Assembly: GCA_004295045.1 (NCBI GenBank)
Contig: SHND01000030.1
Span: forward strand, 110,223-150,222
Origin: Chloroflexota bacterium
GTDB taxonomy: Bacteria; Chloroflexota; Anaerolineae; UBA4142; SHND01
Reading direction: 5' to 3'
DNA length: 40,000 nt
Position numbers and translations under genes: made by a program. Below the pieces are notes generated by a model. That model was given only the letters and a program-made list of their open reading frames with translations, did no database searches and was not told the DNA's origin. Shown here piece after piece: positions 1 to 7,772 of this stretch (position 1 is its first letter; each line of letters opens with the position of its first letter).

Positions 1-558
1 ATTGCGCAAGCGGGCTATATGCTCATTGGCGTTGCCAGCATTTCGGGGAGCGGTCAACCGCTGGACGGCGTGAACGCGGTGTTGATCTACATTGCGGCGT
101 ATCTATTCACCAACCTCGGCGCGTTCCTCGTCGTCATTGCGATTGAAAATAAGACCGGCGCGGTGGACATTTCGCAATATGGCGGCATGATAAAACGCGC
201 GCCAGCGCTTGCGATTTTGATGACGTATTTTATGCTATCGCTGGCGGGCATCCCGCCCACCGCTGGCTTCCTTGGGAAATTTTTCGTGTTCGGCTCTGCC
301 ATCAACAGCGGCTTGGCTTGGCTCGCGGTCATCGGCGTGATCAACAGCGTTATCAGTTTGTTTTACTATATGCGCGTGATTCGTCCGATGTTTTTCGATC
401 CGACGCCCGAAGGCGCGCAGCCCATTTCCTACAGCCGCTGGCTGCAAACCGGTTTGGTCGTTACGGCGGTTATGACTCTGCTCATCATGCTCTTTCCGAC
501 GCCGCTGTTCAATCTGGTTTCATACGGCACCCAAATCTTTGGCATAGCGATGCGCTGA
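1..558 (+). CDS. nuoN: NADH-quinone oxidoreductase subunit N, C-terminal part (5' end lies left of the window)
   Basis: Frame 1 is open from base 1 (IAQAGYMLIGV...). Polytopic membrane sequence with NuoN/ND2-like motifs (LSLAGIPPTAGFLGKF, FYYMRV). Stop at 556-558. Confidence 0.85.
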   Translation: MAQAGYMLIGVASISGSGQPLDGVNAVLIYIAAYLFTNLGAFLVVIAIENKTGAVDISQYGGMIKRAPALAILMTYFMLSLAGIPPTAGFLGKFFVFGSAINSGLAWLAVIGVINSVISLFYYMRVIRPMFFDPTPEGAQPISYSRWLQTGLVVTAVMTLLIMLFPTPLFNLVSYGTQIFGIAMR

Positions 559-584
559 ACGACAGCGCGACGTGAGAAACGAAA

Positions 585-620
585 ACACCTGCTTCGATTT
601 TGCGAGGCAGGTGTTTTTTG
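585..620. terminator. Bidirectional rho-independent terminator between nuoN and the msrQ-like gene
   Basis: Stem ACACCTGC (585-592) / GCAGGTGT (607-614), followed by TTTTTG on + and by TTTTCGTTTC on the complement. Confidence 0.6.
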
Positions 621-691
621 TCGGATTTCACAAGGCAGAGTTTCAACCTCTCCTTTACCGTTGTTTTTCAAACCCTTTTTTGCGCGCCCTC

Positions 692-1267
692 TCACCTTCT
701 TTTGCCGACGCGCAGCAAAAATAGAATGCCAACAACAGCGGCAAAAAACAGAGGCAGTTCAATAAAATCGCGGTCGAGCGCAAGATAATGCAGCACCGCG
801 AGTGGGAGCGCAAGATACACGAGCCGATGCAGCATCTTCCAGCGCCGCCCCAAACGCCTCTGCCAGCCTCGCGTCGAAGTGAGCGCGAGCGGAATCAATA
901 GCATAAAACTGAGCGTGCCGACCAACATTGCGCGCCGTTCGTCCAGATCGCGCAGGATCAATTCCATATCGAATTCATTGTCGCCCCACACGTACGCGAG
1001 CAGATGAATCGCGATGAACAAAAAGCCGTACAACCCCAACGCGCGGCGAATTTGAATTGCGCCTTGCCAATGCAAAATGCGCGCGGCGGGCGTACACGCG
1101 AACGAAGCGACCAGCAGAATTAAACCGATGCTCCCCGTTCGCAGCATCAGGAAACGAGTCGGCGTCGCCAGCTCGCCAAAAAAATAGTACGACGCGAGGA
1201 CGATGAGCGCGGCGATGCAAACTCCATGCACCACAACGCGATGCCAATTTCGTTTCAGCCATTCCAC
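692..1267 (-). CDS. msrQ: MsrQ/YedZ-like ferric-reductase-type haem-b membrane protein
   Basis: 191-aa polytopic protein with the YedZ pattern: RRALGLYGF..IAIHLLAY, TSTRGWQRRLGRRWKMLHRLVYL...LHY. Confidence 0.75.
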   Translation of the reverse strand: MEWLKRNWHRVVVHGVCIAALIVLASYYFFGELATPTRFLMLRTGSIGLILLVASFACTPAARILHWQGAIQIRRALGLYGFLFIAIHLLAYVWGDNEFDMELILRDLDERRAMLVGTLSFMLLIPLALTSTRGWQRRLGRRWKMLHRLVYLALPLAVLHYLALDRDFIELPLFFAAVVGILFLLRVGKRR

Positions 1268-1342
1268 TCTGCTATGCCCGCCGCGCGTTATTGCAGCTGT
1301 TGTTGTCCGTCGTCCACTGCTCTGTAGCCCGCCACGATTTCC

Positions 1343-2497
1343 CTAAACGACGTGATAGCCAAAATCTCTTTCAAAATCGCGCCAGACGCTGTGAACGTGC
1401 GTGCCGCCGTTGCGCGAATTATCGAACTCCACCAAGAATTTTGGACCTTGTAGGCGAAAATACTGCGGACGCCTTTTTTCCAAACTGCCCGCCCAGCCAA
1501 AACGAATCGCGTTCAAATCCGCGTTCACGCGTTCGTAATTTTGCACGGCAATTTCTTGGGGAAGCGTGACGAGATACGCGTCAAGGATCGCGTTCACCAG
1601 CCCTTGCTGCGCCGCGTCCAATTCCGCGTAGGGAATGCCCACCGTTTCGAGCGGCGCGACGCGCGCTTGATTCCACGTCACGTGCTGTGTGAGCGTGCGC
1701 GTTTGAATGATCGCTTGGTCGCGTTTTGCGCCTTGCAGAGAATTGATGAGCTGCAAAGCCGCGTCTTCTTCCACACCCATCGCGCGCAAACCTTCATCCG
1801 TTTGTGTGGGCCACGAGCCGTGAAAGAGAGGCGTCATCACCACCTGGTCGCCGACGATGGTGAATTGGCGCGATAGATGATGCCCTTCCCAACGCCAGCC
1901 CCACGGCGTTTTTGCATCGGGCGAACCAAAGACAGTGACGAAATACAATTCGGGATTGTTGCCGAGATATTTTTGCAGCGACATGATCTCGCGCGATTTT
2001 TGAAAACCCTGTGCGGACACACTCGCTTGCAATAACGCGAACGCGGCATCTTTTTGCGCCTGCGTCATTTCGGTCAACGGCAAGCCGTTGCGCGGAAAAT
2101 TGCCGGGCGTCGTCCAATGCCAGCGAAAGCGTTCGGCGTCCGAAAAATCGTACGTCGCTTTATCAAGACGCGCGCTGTCAAGCGATTCCAAAAACCGCGT
2201 TGTCGCTTGCGCGATACTTTTTGCCAAATTGGAAACAACGGCGGGCGCGTTCGTCGGCGCGGCAGTCGGCGCGGTGGCTGTCGGCGCATTCGTTGCTGTC
2301 GCGGCAAGCGCGGGCGCCAGCGGAGTTGGGGGAATCGCAGTTGGAGGGATTGCAGTGGGTGGAATTCCCGTTGGGGTCAGGGGGGTGGGCAGCGGTGTAG
2401 GAGTTGCTTCGGGAGCGCAACCTGCGATTGTCAGCGCGACTGCGCCCGCGCCGACCGCAGTCAAGTGCAAAAATTTTCGGCGTTGGATTTTTTTCAT
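1343..2497 (-). CDS. DUF3500-family protein with twin-arginine signal and lipobox
   Basis: Start moved to ATG at 2497 (MKKIQRRKFLHLTAVGAGAVALTIAGC), preceded by AGGAGG. Carries DUF3500-like motifs FRWHW, WGWRWEGHHLS and LVEFDNS..GTHVHSVWRD. A PT/A-rich linker follows the lipobox. Confidence 0.8.
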   Translation of the reverse strand: MKKIQRRKFLHLTAVGAGAVALTIAGCAPEATPTPLPTPLTPTGIPPTAIPPTAIPPTPLAPALAATATNAPTATAPTAAPTNAPAVVSNLAKSIAQATTRFLESLDSARLDKATYDFSDAERFRWHWTTPGNFPRNGLPLTEMTQAQKDAAFALLQASVSAQGFQKSREIMSLQKYLGNNPELYFVTVFGSPDAKTPWGWRWEGHHLSRQFTIVGDQVVMTPLFHGSWPTQTDEGLRAMGVEEDAALQLINSLQGAKRDQAIIQTRTLTQHVTWNQARVAPLETVGIPYAELDAAQQGLVNAILDAYLVTLPQEIAVQNYERVNADLNAIRFGWAGSLEKRRPQYFRLQGPKFLVEFDNSRNGGTHVHSVWRDFERDFGYHVV

Positions 2498-2582
2498 ACG
2501 CGTTCCTCCTACGGAGCGTACGCAGTATCCAACGCCGAGATTAGAATTTGTGGAAAAGAAAATTAACGCGCTGCAAGCGTTC

Positions 2583-3140
2583 TCACTGCGTGTCCGTGAC
2601 GCGGTCCCAATTCCGCTGCCGATTGAAACCCTCCGCAAAATTATTGCAGGTCGTACCAAGAACTGTAAAGTATAAATGTGTTTTGGTAGTGAACTTGATG
2701 CGATAGAACTCGCCGTCGGGACAATCTTTGTTATCCGTGATGGTCAACTCGTCCTGTTCCAATTTCCACGTGCCTTCGGAAACGAGCTGTCCGCCCGGGA
2801 ATACACCACCATGCCGCCCTTGAAAGTCGCCATTTTCGCGAAACAAAAGATAGTTATTCCCTTGCGCTTGCAAATCGAACTGATACCAATTTCCAACGAG
2901 CAGCTCGCGGCTCACAGGTGGCGGCGGCTCTTTGGTCGGCGTTATTGTCGGTGTCGGTGTTGGCTGCGGTGTGTCGGTTGGAACCAGAGTTGGAACAGCT
3001 GTGTTTGTTGGTGGGATACTGGTTGCCGTGGGCGCGGGTGGAACAGTCGGCGGTGCGGTGGGAATTGGCGTTGGAGCCGTGGCTTGGCAACCAATGAACA
3101 CGAAAGAGAGCACGATGACGACAGCGAGAAATTTTTTCAT
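2583..3140 (-). CDS. Secreted lipoprotein with PT-rich linker, function unknown
   Basis: Signal plus lipobox (MKKFLAVVIVLSFVFIGC), a long P/T linker, then a ~110-aa globular domain. Confidence 0.7.
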   Translation of the reverse strand: MKKFLAVVIVLSFVFIGCQATAPTPIPTAPPTVPPAPTATSIPPTNTAVPTLVPTDTPQPTPTPTITPTKEPPPPVSRELLVGNWYQFDLQAQGNNYLLFRENGDFQGRHGGVFPGGQLVSEGTWKLEQDELTITDNKDCPDGEFYRIKFTTKTHLYFTVLGTTCNNFAEGFNRQRNWDRVTDTQ

Positions 3141-3222
3141 GACGCTCCTATCTGCTGTTTTTTTTCAATATACACGCGTTTCCGTGTCAGCGCCAGACCA
3201 ATTTCTGCTCATTTCTTGTCCG

Positions 3223-3249
3223 AAAAAAAAATGCTGTCATACGACAGCA
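3223..3249 (-). terminator. Rho-independent terminator at the left end of the cassette-like region
   Basis: On the minus strand: stem TGCTGTC (3243-3249 rc) / GACAGCA with a 4-nt loop, followed by a 9-T run (A-run 3223-3231 on +). Confidence 0.6.
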
Positions 3250-3266
3250 GATTTCTGAACGGGACG

Positions 3267-3440
3267 TTAAATTACAATCGTTAATCGGAAAGGCAGAAAT
3301 GGCGAATTTTGCCACAGGTCATCAGGGCATAAATGTATCGCATCACTGAACATATCAATGGCAGCCCCAAATTGGTTCCACGTACTTGCTCTCCAGTCGA
3401 CCTGCATCTTGTGCCTCTTTAAACTTTTCTTTGGTGACAT
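3267..3440 (-). pseudogene. Possible truncated DinB-superfamily N-terminal fragment
   Basis: ATG at 3440, 8 nt after the SRPBCC stop. MSPKK..WNQFGAAIDMFSDAIHLCPDDLWQ resembles a DinB-like first helix, then degenerates and stops after 57 aa. Confidence 0.3.
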
Positions 3441-3447
3441 ATGCTTT

Positions 3448-3900
3448 CTATTTCTCCGCCAGTTCCTTGAGTTTCCGCAAACCTTTCGGCCACATTTCGT
3501 TGAACATTTGGACATGCTCATCTTCTACGTCCACATCCACGAGCACTTTGGTGGCTCCGTCCTTGTCATCAAACGTGTAATTTTCAAAAGACGGCGCCCA
3601 CTTTCTGGCTGCTTCGCTCGTGGTATCCTCAATCCCGTTTTGCACGATCCCCAGATGTTCTATGGAAATAAACTCATACGGTTTGTTTTCAGCGATCCGA
3701 CTGACCATGCCGCCCGCCTCACCCGTGTTTGGGTCAGGACCAAGAAAAAGTATTTTGGACCCTTTCTCCCAGCTCCCTTTGTAATACGACCCTTCATTAA
3801 ATGCCCTCGTCCACTCTCGATAGGGCTGCTCATCTAGCATCGCATGCCAGACTTTATCTTTTGGCGCATTGATCAGAATTGAAAAATGTAGTTTTTGCAT
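3448..3900 (-). CDS. SRPBCC / AHSA1 (Aha1-like) domain protein
   Basis: 150 aa. INAPKDKVWHAMLD..., typical SRPBCC length and N-terminal motif. SD AAGGAG lies 8 nt upstream of the ATG. Confidence 0.85.
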   Translation of the reverse strand: MQKLHFSILINAPKDKVWHAMLDEQPYREWTRAFNEGSYYKGSWEKGSKILFLGPDPNTGEAGGMVSRIAENKPYEFISIEHLGIVQNGIEDTTSEAARKWAPSFENYTFDDKDGATKVLVDVDVEDEHVQMFNEMWPKGLRKLKELAEK

Positions 3901-3950
3901 AATAGTCTCCTTACCATTCCTTGCTGCAAGAACATCGCACTGAAAGACAA

Positions 3951-4017
3951 TTGATTATAGAACATATTTTCTATTTTGTCGAGACGAGAAAACCACTTTT
4001 TTCGAACTTGACGAAGC
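3951..4017 (-). promoter_or_regulatory. Cassette leader with sigma70-type promoter (TCGACA-17-TATAAT) and Cheo-box-like palindrome
   Basis: -10 is the rc of 3954-3959 and -35 the rc of 3977-3982, with a 17-nt spacer. AGAAAATATGTTCT overlaps the -10. About 70% identical to 7621-7687. Confidence 0.5.
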
Positions 4018-4110
4018 GCCCAACAATGGAATATGCGGCATCGCTGCCGCATATTCCACCTCACATTCGTTTCATACTGCATCCTGCCGCATGATTCTTT
4101 TCAGGCGGCA
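4018..4110. repeat. attI-like junction module C (no adjacent integrase)
   Basis: Starts with GCCCAAC (RYYYAAC). AATGGAATATGCGGCA aligns with the attI-proximal sequence at 14979-14994. Perfect 13-bp hairpin at 4028-4057. A TGCCGCATGATTC 13-mer is shared with 8487-8499. Confidence 0.45.
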
Positions 4111-4135
4111 AAAAATTATCGCCGTCCAATTTTTT

Positions 4136-5518
4136 CTAAATCACTTCGCCATTCACCACCGTAATCGGTTCACCCATCTCGTACTGTGGACTCGTTTCCG
4201 TGCCGATGCCGAACGGCTGCCATTTGTGTTCGTCGGCGTTGAGGCGATGTTTGCCGCCGCCGCGTTTGTGCGTTTGCTCAAAACCTTCCGGCTCGATGAA
4301 AAGATGCTCGCCTTCGAGCAAACCGAACACGCCGCTTTGCCCGGGTTCGGCGCGTTTTTCTTGACAGAACTTGCACGTTTTGGGGTCGTGCGGATGATAA
4401 TCGAGCGGTTCTTCGTACGTAGTGATAAAGCCTTCAAAGTTTCGCAAGACAACTTTGTGGTCGCTCGCGCTGATTTGATATTGCGGCATCACGGGAATTT
4501 TTCCGCCGCCGCCGGGCGCATCCACAACGTAGGTTGGAATCGAATACCCTGACGTGTGTCCGCGCAGCGCCTCCATGATTTCGATGCCTTTGGCAACCGG
4601 CGTGCGGAAATGTCCCGCGCCATGAACTAAATCGCATTGATAGAGATAGTACGGGCGCACGCGTATTCTCACGAGGTCGTGTACGAGTTGCCGCTGCACA
4701 TGCGGACAATCATTCACGCCCGCGAGCAGCACCGACTGATTGCCCAACGGAATCCCCGCGCGCGTCAAACGGTCGCACGCCTCCGCGAGTTCCTTTGTAA
4801 TTTCGTTCGAGTGATTGACGTGAATGTTGAGCCACAACGGATGAAATTTGCCGAGCATGTCACACAATTCTTGTGTCACGCGCATCGGCATAAAGACGGG
4901 CACGCGCGAACCGATGCGAATGATTTCAATGTGTGGAATCGCGCGCAACCGCGTCAAGATTTCTTCCAACAGTTTCGGCGCAAGCACCAACGGGTCGCCG
5001 CCCGAAAGCAAAACGTCGCGCACTTGCGGCGTGCGTTGCAGATATTCAATCTGCGCGTCAAAGTCTTTGCGCGAAAACGTCGCGGTCGGATCGCCGACGA
5101 TGCGCGAACGTGTGCAGTAGCGGCAGTACGTGGCGCATTGCGTTGTGACGAGCATCAACACGCGGTCGGGATAGCGATGCACGAGACCCGGCACGGGTGA
5201 GTGCGCGTCCTCCGCGAGCGAATCTTCCATCATTGCCGTAAAGGGTGCGAGTTCGTGCGCGGTGGGGACGACTTGTTGGCGAATCGGGTCGTGTGGGTCG
5301 TTCGGGTCAATCAGCGAGGCAAAGTACGGGGTAATGTCCACGCGAAAGAGATGTTTTGCGCGCAGCGCTTCTTTTTCGCTTTCGTTCAAATCGAGAACGT
5401 TGGCAAGTTCGCCGACGGTGTTGAGCCGGTGGGAAAGTTGCCAGCGCCAATCGTTCCATTTTTCATTCGGAACGTCCTGATAAAATTTCGCCCGCTTGGA
5501 CGGAAATTCGTGTTTCAT
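4136..5518 (-). CDS. kamA: Lysine 2,3-aminomutase (KamA-family radical SAM)
   Basis: 460 aa with radical-SAM CATYCRYCTRSR motif and KamA-like context (LLSGGDPL, YLYQCD, GGGGK). Confidence 0.9.
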   Translation of the reverse strand: MKHEFPSKRAKFYQDVPNEKWNDWRWQLSHRLNTVGELANVLDLNESEKEALRAKHLFRVDITPYFASLIDPNDPHDPIRQQVVPTAHELAPFTAMMEDSLAEDAHSPVPGLVHRYPDRVLMLVTTQCATYCRYCTRSRIVGDPTATFSRKDFDAQIEYLQRTPQVRDVLLSGGDPLVLAPKLLEEILTRLRAIPHIEIIRIGSRVPVFMPMRVTQELCDMLGKFHPLWLNIHVNHSNEITKELAEACDRLTRAGIPLGNQSVLLAGVNDCPHVQRQLVHDLVRIRVRPYYLYQCDLVHGAGHFRTPVAKGIEIMEALRGHTSGYSIPTYVVDAPGGGGKIPVMPQYQISASDHKVVLRNFEGFITTYEEPLDYHPHDPKTCKFCQEKRAEPGQSGVFGLLEGEHLFIEPEGFEQTHKRGGGKHRLNADEHKWQPFGIGTETSPQYEMGEPITVVNGEVI

Positions 5519-5660
5519 TTTTTATCCTCCTTGGATAAATAATTTCAGATCAGTTCATTTCAGGTGACAAGGAGGTGGCGCGGTGGGTCGTGGTCTGTGC
5601 GGAAAAAACCTGCACCGCGGAAAAAGCCGAACGGAAAATCATTTCGAAGCATCACGCGCG

Positions 5661-5689
5661 AGTATAGCACAAATGAAAATGCGCGTAAA
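5661..5689 (-). promoter_or_regulatory. Putative kamA promoter (TTTACG-17-TGcTATACT, extended -10)
   Basis: On the minus strand the -10 TATACT is the rc of 5661-5666, TG is at 5668-5669, and the -35 is the rc of 5684-5689. Leaves a ~140-nt leader. Confidence 0.45.
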
Positions 5690-5713
5690 TCATTTGCAAA
5701 ATAATTTACGCGC
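5671..5713 (-). terminator. Terminator after the 159-aa membrane protein gene
   Basis: 10-bp stem GCGCGTAAAT (5681-5690) / ATTTACGCGC (5704-5713) with a 13-nt loop, followed on the minus strand by ATTTTCATTT. Confidence 0.5.
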
Positions 5714-5729
5714 AGGAGATACCTCGACG

Positions 5730-6209
5730 TTAGAACGGTTTGAAGACCATCAAATATAACAAGAGTAGCAAACCGATGCCGCCGATGACTGCAAGTTCGA
5801 TTGGGCGCGATGACTTGAGCAGCGCCGCAATCTCTGTCGCGCTCTTGGGCGCAGGCGTTGGCGACTTGCCATATACGGACGCGCCCACCGCCTCACGTAC
5901 TTGGGCATAATAGGGAGAACCACGTATGTACATCAACACAATAACGAGTGCGAGCAACCCCAGTGATGCCCAAAACCAGCCGCGTGACCACCAACTGCCG
6001 ACGACTCCACCGCCGATGCCTGTAAGCAAAATGACCAATAACGCCGGATACATCAAACCCAGCGTACTCTGCGAAAGGTTGAGCAGGGTCTTGATGCTTT
6101 CAATATTTGTTTCATTACGCAGGCGTAGTCCGACAAAGGCAGAAACGCCATGTGCGATAAAAAAAGTGAACGCGGCAATGATGTGAAGATAAATAATCCA
6201 ATAATACAT
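5730..6209 (-). CDS. Integral membrane protein (DUF2269-like), function unknown
   Basis: Start moved to ATG 6209 (MYYWIIYLHIIAAF), with SD AAGAGGAA 7 nt upstream. Four predicted TM helices. Confidence 0.7.
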   Translation of the reverse strand: MYYWIIYLHIIAAFTFFIAHGVSAFVGLRLRNETNIESIKTLLNLSQSTLGLMYPALLVILLTGIGGGVVGSWWSRGWFWASLGLLALVIVLMYIRGSPYYAQVREAVGASVYGKSPTPAPKSATEIAALLKSSRPIELAVIGGIGLLLLLYLMVFKPF

Positions 6210-6377
6210 TTCGAGATTCCTCTTTGTCACAAAACTTGTAGACCACTCAAAGAGTCCGTAGCATTGGATTCATGCGTTCCGTTTGTTGTTGGCGGTGGCG
6301 ATGATCTGAAAGTTGTGTGCAAAAATTTCGCAAATGCGTAACGGATGAATCATGGCGCGGTCGGTTCTCCGCAAGAC

Positions 6378-6578
6378 ATCAGTTTGGCATGACGCTAACG
6401 ATGGCATAAATCGTTACGATGAGCAAGAGCGCCGAAAAAACAAACGCGATGCCCGTTGTGATGAACGCGAATTTCAATCCCTTTATCTTGAGCGATACGC
6501 CAAAGATAATCAGCAACGCCAGAAGTGTGAACGCCACATACAGGAATGTAAAAGACATGATGAATTCTCCTTTTGCAA
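6378..6578 (-). CDS. Small two-TM protein, absent from the supplied ORF track, possibly frameshifted
   Basis: Hand translation from TTG 6578 gives ...YVAFTLLALLIIFGVSLKIKGLKFAFITTGIAFVFSALLLIVTIYAIVSVMPN*. A strong SD+ATG at 6558 (AAAGGAGAATTCATC-ATG) lies one frame off and would join cleanly if one base near 6540/6541 were removed. Confidence 0.35.
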
Positions 6579-6579
6579 T

Positions 6580-6792
6580 TTATTCCTTGGAAAATGTATT
6601 GTGTTTCTCTTGCGAATCCGCTAACCTTCGCCGCCGAAGGTGTTCATCTTTCGTATAACTAATATGCCCGATGTGATGATGAAAATGCACCGCACAGCGC
6701 AAAAAAATATTAAAGCGGTTGTGAACATCATCAACGCCCTCTGCGCGATAGGCAGCGCCCCAATCACCGTCGGTTTGTTTTTCGAGCGTCAC
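6580..6792 (-). pseudogene. DinB-superfamily C-terminal fragment
   Basis: 70 aa ending ...FLRCAVHFHHHIGHISY, like the last His-bearing helix of DinB-like proteins. About 100 N-terminal residues are missing and there is no SD. Confidence 0.35.
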
Positions 6793-6812
6793 ATTTTGGT
6801 CTCTATAAAAAA

Positions 6813-7373
6813 TTATTTCTCATAATGTAACGCTACAGCTCCCGAACGAAACGTTTTTGAGCCGACAAGTTTTAATGAAACGTTCTTGACCGACTCGAAC
6901 AAACGGGGACCTTTTCCCGCAATGACCGGGTGAACGACAATGTGATACTCGTCAATGAGATCCCAATACGCAACTTGCGATGCGATGTTCAGTCCGCCGA
7001 TGGAAATATTTTTTCCCGGCTGCTGTTTTAACCTGACAATTTCTTCTCTAAGATTGGAGTGGCGGAGTATCGTGTTGTTCCACTCTACGCTCTTTAACGT
7101 CGTTGAAAAGACTATCTTTGGTAGTGCATCAAACATGCGCGCAAATTCGTTTGTTAATTGCGATTCCGATTGATTCACCGCGACATCGTGCCAGTACGGA
7201 TACATCAAGTTGTACGTGTTGCGTCCGAAAATTTCAACGCCCGAATCACGCAAGAGCCCGGTAAAGTACTCGTGCAATTCGTCGTCAGCAAGCACCGCTT
7301 CATGGTCACAGCAGCCGTCAATCGTGATGTTGATTGCAAAAACAACTTTTCTCATTTCTTGTTCTTCCGGCAT
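6813..7373 (-). CDS. Dihydrofolate-reductase-family protein (RibD C-terminal domain type)
   Basis: MRKVVFAINITIDGC..., GRNTY, GKNISIGG and VHPVIAGKGPRLF motifs. Start set at ATG 7373 (SD AAGGGGA); ATG 7355 is an alternative. Confidence 0.8.
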   Translation of the reverse strand: MPEEQEMRKVVFAINITIDGCCDHEAVLADDELHEYFTGLLRDSGVEIFGRNTYNLMYPYWHDVAVNQSESQLTNEFARMFDALPKIVFSTTLKSVEWNNTILRHSNLREEIVRLKQQPGKNISIGGLNIASQVAYWDLIDEYHIVVHPVIAGKGPRLFESVKNVSLKLVGSKTFRSGAVALHYEK

Positions 7374-7405
7374 TATTTTGATCCCCTTGCCATGGCTAAA
7401 AAATC

Positions 7406-7604
7406 CTAACTCTTGCGGCGCGGTCGCCATGGCTCATCCACATGCGTGAGCCAGACCATCTCGGGGTCGAGCGCGCACACCCGCAGCTGTCCTTCGGTGT
7501 TTGGCTCATCGAGTTCGCCGAACCAAACCGCCACGTCACCGCCGACGATGATTGGCGAGCAGGTCGGCAACGCGGATTGGTGTGATGGCGATTTTCTGTT
7601 TCAT
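7406..7604 (-). pseudogene. Frameshifted small ORF behind a strong SD
   Basis: CAAGGAGAATTCAC-ATG at 7604. The frame stops after 22 codons (TGA 7536-7538). A second frame continues ...IIVGGDVAVWFGELDEPNTEGQLRVCALDPEMVWLTHVDEPW to TAG 7406-7408. Confidence 0.25.
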
Positions 7605-7620
7605 GTGAATTCTCCTTGAC

Positions 7621-7687
7621 TGGAGAATAGAACAGATTTTCTGTTACGTCAAGATGAGAAAATCGCCTTATTCGAAATAGGCGCAGC
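7621..7687 (-). promoter_or_regulatory. Cassette leader with sigma70-type promoter (TTGACG-17-TATTCT) and Cheo-box-like palindrome
   Basis: -10 is the rc of 7624-7629 and -35 the rc of 7647-7652, with a 17-nt spacer. AACAGAAAATCTGTT palindrome. Homologous to 3951-4017. Confidence 0.5.
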
Positions 7688-7752
7688 GTCCAACGCTGTG
7701 GCGTTAACCTGCGGCGTGTACGCCGTCGGGTTCAACGCCGGATTGGGTAGCC
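7688..7752 (-). other. attC recombination site (short member of the local attC family)
   Basis: GTCCAAC (7688-7694, RYYYAAC). GCGTTAACCTGCGGCG pairs with CGCCGTCGGGTTCAACGC with an unpaired base. The left end aligns with CTAACGGTTTGCGTTACCTGCG of 13925 and 13099. The right end ..GGTAGCC aligns with ..GTTAGCC. Confidence 0.55.
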
Positions 7753-7772
7753 CACACTCTCAGCCATGACGA

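Noticed and set aside
2498-2659. N-terminal extensions of ORF-track entries (1343-2659, 10670-12700, 24120-24644, 28598-30433, 7773-8384)
   Set aside because: Internal ATGs give canonical signal peptides or family N-termini with SD sequences. The extensions overlap neighbouring genes or regulatory hairpins.
2932-3258. GVGVG-rich ORFs on the + strand (2932-3258, 2088-2675, 23602-24123)
   Set aside because: They are antisense translations of the PT/A-rich linker regions of minus-strand secreted proteins.
5519-5660. Lysine (L-box) riboswitch upstream of kamA
   Set aside because: The leader is shorter than an L-box and I could not find the conserved L-box core elements by eye. Kept only as an unclassified structured leader.
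7404-7505. Possible fourth attC (TCCTAAC ... GTTTGGC with a TGGCTCA/TGAGCCA hairpin at 7429-7452)
   Set aside because: The ends deviate from RYYYAAC/GTTRRRY, the arms do not pair convincingly by hand, and similarity to the local attC family is weak. Left unresolved rather than called.
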